Origin: an uncultured virus (IMG/VR IMGVR_UViG_3300027805_000007)
Taxonomy: Duplodnaviria; Heunggongvirae; Uroviricota; Caudoviricetes
Virus record (IMG/VR): IMGVR_UViG_3300027805_000007
Length of the DNA: 64,000 nt
Direction: 5' to 3' (one strand)
In this document: positions 16,390-24,003 of the stretch, piece after piece
Position numbering within the stretch: position 1 is the first letter of the stretch
Layout of the letters: each line of letters begins with the position of its first letter
The notes under the pieces: model-generated
What the model was told of the DNA's origin: nothing
Seen by the model: the letters and a program-made list of their open reading frames with translations, nothing else
Databases searched by the model: none
Translations under genes and position numbers: made by a program

Positions 16390-16858
16390 CCACCAACCTC
16401 TGATCCACTTTTGTTAAAATTTCCCTCTTCTTGATTTTCTTACTCTTGATAGATACTCTTGATTGGGTGTCACGGGAGACACTACTAGTGGTGTCTGTGG
16501 TGACACTACCTAGTGTCTCCAGTGTCACCACTAGGGGTGACTCGTGTGACACTAGTGGATTGTTAAAATTGACATAGTAACTATTCGTCAGGTTCTTATT
16601 TGACCTAGTGACACGGTGCTGTTTGACGATCAAACCAATTTCCTCAAGTCGTTTTATTGAGCGCATAACCGTACGGCGATCACAACCCATTTGGTCAGCA
16701 ATGTGCTGGTAGGACGTCGTCAGTTCCTGGGTATCAGGGTGGAGGTACTGAAGGAAGTGGTTCAGTACTGCATGGGATACATAGTCAGTTGCAATGTATG
16801 GCAACACCCATCTTGGGACTGGTAAAAAGGGGCCACTCAGTCGGTTGTTCTTTGCCAT
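16373..16858 (-). CDS. Winged-HTH replication initiator-like protein
   Basis: SYQHIADQMGCDRRTVMRSIKRLEEIGLI..N.Y HTH; internal iteron array; first gene of the replication operon; GAGGAG RBS. Confidence 0.8.
   Translation of the reverse strand: MAKNNRLSGPFLPVPRWVLPYIATDYVSHAVLNHFLQYLHPDTQELTTSYQHIADQMGCDRRTVMRSIKRLEEIGLIVKQHRVTRSNKNLTNSYYVNFNNPLVSHESPLVVTLETLGSVTTDTTSSVSRDTQSRVSIKSKKIKKREILTKVDQRLVDEETI
16467..16552. repeat. Four 16-bp palindromic iterons (GTGTC-N6-GACAC), putative replication origin
   Basis: Units at 16467, 16491, 16513 and 16537; adjacent AT-rich tract with TACTCTTGAT repeats. Confidence 0.75.
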
Positions 16859-16896
16859 TTCTTGTGCTCCTCAGGTTGTCATTTCTCGGGGCGCCC

Positions 16897-16948
16897 ATGT
16901 TACACTCTCGGCGTTGCTTTAACACTTCCTGATCGGGTGTTAAAGTAA
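16897..16948. promoter_or_regulatory. Divergent promoter region with an inverted-repeat operator
   Basis: Minus-strand TAACAT (16897-16902); plus-strand TAAAGT (16941-16946); TTGCTTTAACAC-N11-GTGTTAAAGTAA. Confidence 0.55.
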
Positions 16949-16955
16949 TAAGAGT

Positions 16956-17044
16956 GTTGGGAGGAGAGCGACCTCCTCAGGACGACAGAGCAGGGGCTTT
17001 ACCTCCTTTCTCCCCTGCCCGTGTTAAATGGCTCTCCTCCCAAC
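16956..17044 (+). ncRNA. Candidate structured small RNA displaying anti-Shine-Dalgarno loops
   Basis: Perfect 14-bp closing stem; inner 7-bp stem with loop CUUUACCUCCUUUCU; TANNNT hexamer about 10 nt upstream; no ORF with a standard start. Confidence 0.55.
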
Positions 17045-17059
17045 CGCTAAACTATTCCC

Positions 17060-17224
17060 ATGGCATCTAAAAAAGAAGTATGGGACAAACCCAATCCAAA
17101 GAAGAAGTCAACTAAGTTGACACCTGACCAGAAGTCAGAAGCAAAGGCTCGTGCTAAAGCCGCTGGTCGTCCGTATCCAAACCTTGTTGACAACATGGCT
17201 GTCTCCAAGAAAGGTAAGAAGTAA
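17060..17224 (+). CDS. 54-aa basic protein (MASKKEVWDKPNPKKK...AGRPYPNLVDNM), probably leaderless; absent from the ORF track
   Basis: TAAACT 6 nt before ATG; TAATG coupling to the next gene. Confidence 0.8.
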   Translation: MASKKEVWDKPNPKKKSTKLTPDQKSEAKARAKAAGRPYPNLVDNMAVSKKGKK

Positions 17225-17493
17225 TGGCTGAGAGTAAGAAAGACCCACGACTTACACGTGCAGGTGTATCTGGTTTTAATAAACCAAAAGCAACACCTGA
17301 TCACCCAACCAAGTCACATGTTGTTGTTGCTAAAGAAGGCGATCAAGTTAAGACGATTCGCTTTGGTCAACAGGGCGTTAAAGGTTCACCTGATGGTTCT
17401 GCACGTAACGCTTCATTTAAAGCACGTCACGCTAAGAACATCTCTAAAGGCAAGATGTCTGCCGCTTATTGGGCTGACAAGGTTAAGTGGTAA
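17224..17493 (+). CDS. Small basic phage protein (KSHVV..KTIRFGQQG..SFKARH..AAYWADKVKW)
   Basis: Coupled to 17060 gene; converges tail-to-tail with 17494 gene. Confidence 0.8.
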   Translation: MAESKKDPRLTRAGVSGFNKPKATPDHPTKSHVVVAKEGDQVKTIRFGQQGVKGSPDGSARNASFKARHAKNISKGKMSAAYWADKVKW

Positions 17494-18315
17494 CTAAACA
17501 GTTGAACCAAAGCCAAACAACTGTTTGACTTCTTCCACATTTGCAGGACGGCTCATAATCACTCCACTAGGGAATGTTGCCGTAAGCATGCAGGTGTTGT
17601 AAGAACTAGTGATTGCTCGGTCGTTCTGAGCGCTACTTACAACATGAAAAGTACCTAGATCAATTGGTGGAAGGATGTCCACTTCCTCTACCTCGGTATC
17701 TTCAATGATTGGGTCTGGCATTGGTACGTCATTAAGGATTGCATCCACGATCTGTTCCTTAGACATAGATGTACCTACCTGGATCCCTTGGGACTTTGCT
17801 GTACGGCGAAGAACACCAATGGACATTGACAGCATCTCATCACGAGTAAAGGCTTCAATCTCAACTTCTTCAGTTTGAACTGGTGCTGTCTTTTCTTCAG
17901 TAGTAATGTCCACAACAATTGGTACAAGACCATTAGTCAAATCAAGGATAGTGACACCAGCATCAGCCGCATCAAAACAGATTTCTTCCATCTCAGGTAC
18001 TACTGTGTCATCCCAAAGAAGTAAAAGAGTTCCTTTTTTCTTAGCAAGTTGGCGAATCATTTCCCGTGCTGGGTTTACCTCTAATTGTTCAACCGAGGCA
18101 CTCTCAATAAACTTTGTTGGAGCCTTACCTGCATGAATGATTTCGTAATTGACTTCCATGTCAATCAACCAGTTGATTACTCGTGCCTCGGATTCAGATG
18201 GCTTGGCACCACAGGTAACAATGAAGTCATTGTCCACACCTAGTTCATTGAGGGCATCTTCAATTACATTCTTGCTTGTTATGCCACTACCGAGAATTCC
18301 ATACTTCTTGAGCAT
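17494..18315 (-). CDS. Hypothetical protein with a possible small Rho-N/HeH-like nucleic-acid-binding motif
   Basis: LSMSIGVLRRTAKSQGI..MSKEQIVDAIL; AAGGA RBS. Confidence 0.7.
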   Translation of the reverse strand: MLKKYGILGSGITSKNVIEDALNELGVDNDFIVTCGAKPSESEARVINWLIDMEVNYEIIHAGKAPTKFIESASVEQLEVNPAREMIRQLAKKKGTLLLLWDDTVVPEMEEICFDAADAGVTILDLTNGLVPIVVDITTEEKTAPVQTEEVEIEAFTRDEMLSMSIGVLRRTAKSQGIQVGTSMSKEQIVDAILNDVPMPDPIIEDTEVEEVDILPPIDLGTFHVVSSAQNDRAITSSYNTCMLTATFPSGVIMSRPANVEEVKQLFGFGSTV

Positions 18316-18329
18316 CGTTTTTGATCCTT

Positions 18330-18596
18330 TTATTTAAGTGATTTTTTGTGCGCCATGTCCCCTGTTAAGGTCAGCAACCGTAGCAAGGAGTGGGTGGCTC
18401 CCGCCAGTGTAGCGATGCCAAGACCTGCCACAACTTGTTCTGCGGGATTTCCATCTAGGTCTATAACAAAAGCAGCACCCACAGATACCAATACGGTCAG
18501 TAGGATCTTGACCCATGGCATGGCTTCTCTTGGTGAAAGGGCATCAGCCAATTGGATTATTTTATATACGGCTAAACCTGCAATGATATAGGTCAT
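18330..18596 (-). CDS. Small membrane protein (2-3 hydrophobic segments), holin candidate
   Basis: Hydrophobic segments, basic C-terminus; ATGA overlap. Confidence 0.65.
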   Translation of the reverse strand: MTYIIAGLAVYKIIQLADALSPREAMPWVKILLTVLVSVGAAFVIDLDGNPAEQVVAGLGIATLAGATHSLLRLLTLTGDMAHKKSLK

Positions 18597-20242
18597 AATG
18601 TTCTTCCAGGAATCCAATCAAACAACACTTCATACTTAGGTTGCCCACTGTCGGTACCTAGAAGTGTAACTGGAAGGATCTTTGGAAGCAAGCGCTCAAT
18701 AGAGTCTTGGGTCTTTTTTCTGTTAGCCGTATAGATGGAATACGAGGCGTAGGCCGTCCCTGTCCATCTAAAGTCGGGCGAGAAACCTTGGTATAGGTAA
18801 CCACCAAACACTGAGTCTCCATCAAAGAAGTCTCCATAACTATTGGGTTCTACCATCCATTTTTTAAGAGTAATGGATTGGTTAGCCCCTAGATACAAAA
18901 CTAATACTGGATATAAGGAAGCACTGGACCCTGCGGTATCCATTTCGTAGATACGCCTACCAGTAATACCAGCAGGGATCTCATCAACTTGAGTGGTTGT
19001 TGAACCCCATGCAGACCAGTTATTAGCGGTGTGCCACAGACTGCCATAAACAACGGGAGCAGACGCACCACTGAATTCACCAGACATATAATATGTATGT
19101 TCTGAAGAAACTGGTACAGCCACAGTTGAACGTACGGCTACCTTTGTTGCTGTAGCGCCAGCAGTAATTGTGATTCCGCTAGACGCACTGGTAGTTGTTA
19201 CTGAATACTCTGAAGCAACCGACCATGAAGAAGACCCTACAAATTGTGGATTAGCAACTAAGTTTGCTTTTTGAGAATGAACCGCAAACGTATAGTACGG
19301 AGCGCTTGCTCCAGTAAAAACAGATACGTCTCCACCACTTACGGCTGTTAGGTATGCCACTGTGGCGTTTTCTGTACCTTTTTGTCGTCGGATATATCCG
19401 ATGTCATGGAGTAGCGCACGAGTACGTGATACACCAATGTCAGTCACATTTAGTTCAAGACCAAGCATGTTTGCTAATTCTTCTACAGCATCTGCCTCAG
19501 CAAGTAGTGGGTCGTATTGAACCATCAATGAATCAATCAGAGTTCTTGTTCTATCTATCTCAAAACCAAACACGTCAATAAAACGTTCAAGTTGACCACG
19601 ATTAAGTTGATTAGGGTCTAACGATGCATTAACAGAGTCCATCTCTCGGTAGTACTGCGGTACTCGTTTCCACAAAGCACTACGTGAACCATAATCAAAG
19701 GGAAGCAGTACCTCTAAAGAAGCAAGACGCTCATAGAAATAAGAACCGTCAACACCATCGGTGTTGTAATAACCAAACAGTGTGTAATAAGCCCATTTAC
19801 CAGGTTCTGGTTCTGACTTAATTACGGTACCTGTATCTGTAATGATGGGAATTTGCTCTTGGTGTATATAACTAAGAACGTCACTGTTAACCAATAACTT
19901 ACCGTCAGCCACTGTTTCTGGATAACCAGTGGTTGAATATACAATGGCAACCCCTATTAGCCCAGAATCACCTTCTGTAATATCTTCTACCGCTACAAAT
20001 GGGCTTGTGAGAAGCCATGCTAGTTCTACAGCGTTGTATTCAATTGGTATTGCTGAAAATACAGAAGCATCTGCGGTTTCAGATATTGTAATAATGCCAG
20101 TTGAACGAAGTGCGGCGTCTTGATCAGCGGCTGATACACCAAGAAGGCGCTGTGTACTAGGAAGACCTCGTACAAATGAACCGACCCCTACGGCGTCACC
20201 GACTCCAGAAACACGCCTAAGCCTAAAAGACTTTCTTGCCAT
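18593..20242 (-). CDS. Baseplate wedge/tail protein (P2 gpI-like core)
   Basis: VPQYY..LERFIDVFGFE..LANMLG..RQKGT; follows baseplate J. Confidence 0.75.
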   Translation of the reverse strand: MARKSFRLRRVSGVGDAVGVGSFVRGLPSTQRLLGVSAADQDAALRSTGIITISETADASVFSAIPIEYNAVELAWLLTSPFVAVEDITEGDSGLIGVAIVYSTTGYPETVADGKLLVNSDVLSYIHQEQIPIITDTGTVIKSEPEPGKWAYYTLFGYYNTDGVDGSYFYERLASLEVLLPFDYGSRSALWKRVPQYYREMDSVNASLDPNQLNRGQLERFIDVFGFEIDRTRTLIDSLMVQYDPLLAEADAVEELANMLGLELNVTDIGVSRTRALLHDIGYIRRQKGTENATVAYLTAVSGGDVSVFTGASAPYYTFAVHSQKANLVANPQFVGSSSWSVASEYSVTTTSASSGITITAGATATKVAVRSTVAVPVSSEHTYYMSGEFSGASAPVVYGSLWHTANNWSAWGSTTTQVDEIPAGITGRRIYEMDTAGSSASLYPVLVLYLGANQSITLKKWMVEPNSYGDFFDGDSVFGGYLYQGFSPDFRWTGTAYASYSIYTANRKKTQDSIERLLPKILPVTLLGTDSGQPKYEVLFDWIPGRTL

Positions 20243-20244
20243 GA

Positions 20245-21816
20245 TTACCCGCCAGATGCGGTAATGCCACCGCTAGGTGTAAGTGTAAAGGATGATGTAG
20301 AGCCAAGTACTAACAATGATTGTGCGTTAGGAGTAACACCTATAAAGGAACCACTGCTGTCAATAACGTTTGACCCAGTAATTGTAAATTTAGTAATGTT
20401 GGTGTAATCAACACCATCTACGTCAAGAATAGCCCGATAAACACTACCAAGCGATACAGTTGTACCAAAATCTAAGTTATCAAAGTCAAACAATGAATAG
20501 ATAGCATCTACAACTTTGTTGTACACAACTTCTTGAATATAGCCATCTTTAATTTGAACAGTTCCTGCAAAGTTGACAGGCGTTAAACTTACAGATGCTC
20601 CTACTGAAGATGTAACAAAAGCAATTTCACGTGGCGCTAAGTAATTAACAATATCTGTAACTTTTTCACTAGTTAATACCAATGTGTTTGATGATCCATA
20701 GTCAGAGGGCTGAGTGGTTGCTTTAATGTATACGGTACTACCACTAACATACGACGTTGCTCGTACGATCCCTGGAACACGCAGTACAAGGTCACGATAG
20801 TCTTGCAAAGACACAGCACGGTCTTGAGACCTAAAAGATGCTGGGATGTTCTGTTTAAGTGAAGCCATTGATTCAATGTCAACACCACCTGAGGCTTTCA
20901 AGGAGTTTGGAACAACTACTAAACCATCTAATGATGGCTTGTTAGGTACTGTAGTGCTTTCTATTTCTTTGACAGCGCCTATAACAACGTTACCTGCACT
21001 ACCACGACTTTTACGGTAAGTAATGGTAATAGCGGAGTTAACGGCTGGTACAGATCCGTTAACGTTGTTTCCAAATGCAATAACACTATAGTTATCTGCC
21101 GTGATATCTACGGCATAGATTTTGTCATTGTTTGTTCCATTGATGATTCGTTCAACATATGCGTAGGTCACTGTGGACCCAGCGCCACCCTCGTTTGTTG
21201 TAACCGTAATACTGTCCGTAACAACGCCTGTTTGTCGCAAGGTAATTCGTTGCCCAACCAAACCAGTAGAGGTATACGTTTCAGTAAAGCGTTCTCCTTC
21301 GGTAAGAGCCACTGAAATTACTTGTGTTTTTGGATAGGTTGCATACGTAACACCGTCAGAAACCACGCTTGTACTGGCACCGTTACTTGTTCCTACAAAA
21401 GCAATTGGAGTGTCTAACAGGAATATAACAGGGGAAGCAGTGTCCACTAATGGAGTTGCTTTAAATCGGGTGTACTTAGGGATGAATACAGGGTTTGTAT
21501 CAGTAGCCGTTGTAAGATTGGCGTCCAGTTGAATGTTTACTTTTGCTGACCTACGACCAGACGGCAAGTAATCCAATAGGTTTGCAATTGCAAGAACACT
21601 TTCACGTTGTGTTGCAGTATTAAGGAAAGATTCGCCAGCGGCACGGTCCACATAGTAATGAAGGATGTCTCCCATATACGCCCACAGGTCAACCATGAGC
21701 ACTCCAAAGTCACCACTATCACGAGATGTCCATTCAGGAATTTGCGTCTGCGCACGAGCAAATAAGTCGTTTTGAATGGACGTATAGTCCCTGCTGGTAT
21801 AGTCAAAGGTTGTCAT
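20245..21816 (-). CDS. Baseplate wedge protein (J / T4 gp6-like)
   Basis: DYTSRDY..PEWT..DFGV..AYMGDILHYYVDR..ESFL.TA; QDRAVSLQDY. Confidence 0.9.
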   Translation of the reverse strand: MTTFDYTSRDYTSIQNDLFARAQTQIPEWTSRDSGDFGVLMVDLWAYMGDILHYYVDRAAGESFLNTATQRESVLAIANLLDYLPSGRRSAKVNIQLDANLTTATDTNPVFIPKYTRFKATPLVDTASPVIFLLDTPIAFVGTSNGASTSVVSDGVTYATYPKTQVISVALTEGERFTETYTSTGLVGQRITLRQTGVVTDSITVTTNEGGAGSTVTYAYVERIINGTNNDKIYAVDITADNYSVIAFGNNVNGSVPAVNSAITITYRKSRGSAGNVVIGAVKEIESTTVPNKPSLDGLVVVPNSLKASGGVDIESMASLKQNIPASFRSQDRAVSLQDYRDLVLRVPGIVRATSYVSGSTVYIKATTQPSDYGSSNTLVLTSEKVTDIVNYLAPREIAFVTSSVGASVSLTPVNFAGTVQIKDGYIQEVVYNKVVDAIYSLFDFDNLDFGTTVSLGSVYRAILDVDGVDYTNITKFTITGSNVIDSSGSFIGVTPNAQSLLVLGSTSSFTLTPSGGITASGG

Positions 21817-22226
21817 ATTACCGATTCCTCAGTGAGAGCGCCAGGGGTGGCGATGTTAAATGAAAAAGATTGAACGCCTGGAGAAGCAGTTCGGTAGTAA
21901 ACCGAAATCTCAATTGTATTACTAAGATCATCTGCAAAGTAAGGGGTACTAGAAGCACCTACACGGACGTCAATAATACTTGCAATGTTTATTCTTTTGT
22001 TAAGTTCTAATAGAGCGTCGGCTTTAAATTCACCATAGATAAGATCATCTACTGGCTCGTAAAGCAAATCATTAGCGCCCGCACCATACCCAGGGCGCAT
22101 GGTTCGCTCAAACTTAGATGTTGTAAGAACATCAATGATCTGTTGACGGGCTATAGCGTTCTGGTCCATGACACGCTCAACTCGCCCTGATGGTGCAATA
22201 GCAAATGGGGTTTTGATCGTTGCCAT
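21813..22226 (-). CDS. Baseplate gp25/gpW-like sheath initiator
   Basis: LTTSKFERTMRPGYG..LLYEP motif. Confidence 0.88.
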   Translation of the reverse strand: MATIKTPFAIAPSGRVERVMDQNAIARQQIIDVLTTSKFERTMRPGYGAGANDLLYEPVDDLIYGEFKADALLELNKRINIASIIDVRVGASSTPYFADDLSNTIEISVYYRTASPGVQSFSFNIATPGALTEESVI

Positions 22227-22228
22227 GG

Positions 22229-22600
22229 TTAATTAAAGACTCCTAATAGAAATGCGTCCCTATACGATTCTAGTTCATTAATACGGGTGGTTAACCCATT
22301 TACATCCGTAGTAAGCCCTACTACGTCTGCTTCAATAGAGGCAGTAGACACAGGGGTTACTGGGTTTGTTTGAACCCAAAATAGGTTGGTAAGGTTAACG
22401 TCATCAGCCGTGACGACTATTTGTTCCCCGATTGCTGGTACTACCCAACTACCATTGTACGCTGATCTGCCCACCGTAGATAGCGCTACAACGTCCAGTA
22501 CCCCAGATAGTGCAGGGATTCGGACTTTTATCTCCCCATTAACGCTATTTGAGTAGGTGACAATGGCTCTGTATACAGGGCTACTAAACATATACATCAC
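22229..22600 (-). CDS. Short baseplate spike (gp5/gpV OB-fold)
   Basis: YRAIV..GEIKVRIP..VPAIGEQIVV. Confidence 0.75.
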   Translation of the reverse strand: MMYMFSSPVYRAIVTYSNSVNGEIKVRIPALSGVLDVVALSTVGRSAYNGSWVVPAIGEQIVVTADDVNLTNLFWVQTNPVTPVSTASIEADVVGLTTDVNGLTTRINELESYRDAFLLGVFN

Positions 22601-23753
22601 TAAATTCTAAAGAAGCAGACCATTTGCCGTCAACTAAAATAGGTAGTGGAGGCGCTTGAAAAGCAGCCCCTGGTTGATTAACTGGAATTACACCATTGGT
22701 AGAGTCAGTAGATAGCGTCAATTCTGTTAGATAGTTTGACCTTGTTACCATATGTTTGGCACCCCTAACAATCCAATATCCATCAAAGTAGGAGTCGTAG
22801 TTATCAATTTTAACTACAGACCCTGGGACAGGATCTGGAACTCCAGTAACCAATGCGGTGGCGTTGTACGGGTAATTTTGTTTAGTAGACGCTTTAGCAA
22901 GTTTATTTAACATTTCAACAGACGTAACGTTTGTGGCTACTTCGTTGGTATATCGCCGTTCAACAAGTTCACCAAGTTTGGTAAAGTCATCATCAGAAGT
23001 AGAGGCTTGTACAACAGTGCCAGATGAATCAATACCAACATAGTTATATTTAGAAACAGCCCCGTCTAAAGTAATATCTCCAAATAATCCTCTAAACTCC
23101 ATAATCCGACCAGGCGCATATTCTAAGTCTCCAAATGCCCCACGCACAGTGAGTAACTCTACATAAGGAAGTTGCCGTGCAATTGCTTTGTACGGGTCAT
23201 AGATGTGTATGTGGGTTCCTGACGTAGTCATGTAATACCCAATTGAATTACAAGCGTCTTTTAAAAACTGCCAATCAGACTTTTGGTTTTGTAATAGTCG
23301 TTTCCATACAAAACGATCATCTGGAACTGCAAGCGAATACCCATAAGTAGTTGCTATCTTTTCAACAATATTTGCAAGGGTAACGTTTTCCCACACTCTG
23401 TACTTATTGTTGCTCATATCATAGGATGCACCCATACAGGTCAGCACAGCAGTTTGAACAGGGCTGTTGTTTATTAAACCCTTTCTTGTTTCCATAACAG
23501 GTTCAACAAACGAGACATAACCGTAAAACTCAATTACTCGGCTTTCATTAACCCCAATAGAAATATAAACAGGAACACCCACATAATCAGTAATACCTTT
23601 AGTCAGAAAACCGCTAAAAGTAATAGTTGCCATATCATGCATGTTTTCATGCACGTCAATACTTACAGATTGTATTGTTGCGTAATCTACTGAAACATCA
23701 CTTAAGATAACTGATACATCAGGAGAGTTAGGATGATTACTTTTAAAAATCAT
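22584..23753 (-). CDS. Baseplate hub (gp27/Mu gp44/gpD-like)
   Basis: Q..SDWQFL; GYWIV...H; position in the baseplate cluster. Confidence 0.8.
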   Translation of the reverse strand: MIFKSNHPNSPDVSVILSDVSVDYATIQSVSIDVHENMHDMATITFSGFLTKGITDYVGVPVYISIGVNESRVIEFYGYVSFVEPVMETRKGLINNSPVQTAVLTCMGASYDMSNNKYRVWENVTLANIVEKIATTYGYSLAVPDDRFVWKRLLQNQKSDWQFLKDACNSIGYYMTTSGTHIHIYDPYKAIARQLPYVELLTVRGAFGDLEYAPGRIMEFRGLFGDITLDGAVSKYNYVGIDSSGTVVQASTSDDDFTKLGELVERRYTNEVATNVTSVEMLNKLAKASTKQNYPYNATALVTGVPDPVPGSVVKIDNYDSYFDGYWIVRGAKHMVTRSNYLTELTLSTDSTNGVIPVNQPGAAFQAPPLPILVDGKWSASLEFSDVYV

Positions 23754-24001
23754 GCAGGCAGCCGAATGATCGTTCCTGTAGGTATTACATCGGGGAATTT
23801 AACATGTGGGTTCATATCAGCAATTCGCCAATATTGAGTACCATCACGAAATATACGATTAGCAAGACTTTCAAATGATTCTTCTGAACGTGTTACATAG
23901 TTTGTGTAACGTACTGAAGTAGTGTCTCTACGAACAGCAATAATATTAGTAGAGGAAGTATCAATGACTGTTGTGTACCGTGAGGATGTATTAATAGCCA
24001 T
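23750..24001 (-). CDS. LysM/tail-X baseplate protein
   Basis: ESFESLA...YWRIADMNP...IPTGTIIRLP. Confidence 0.85.
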   Translation of the reverse strand: MAINTSSRYTTVIDTSSTNIIAVRRDTTSVRYTNYVTRSEESFESLANRIFRDGTQYWRIADMNPHVKFPDVIPTGTIIRLPA

Positions 24002-24003
24002 AA

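Noticed and set aside
17047..17304. Minus-strand 85-aa ORF
   Set aside because: It is antisense to the two coupled plus-strand genes that have a promoter and typical composition
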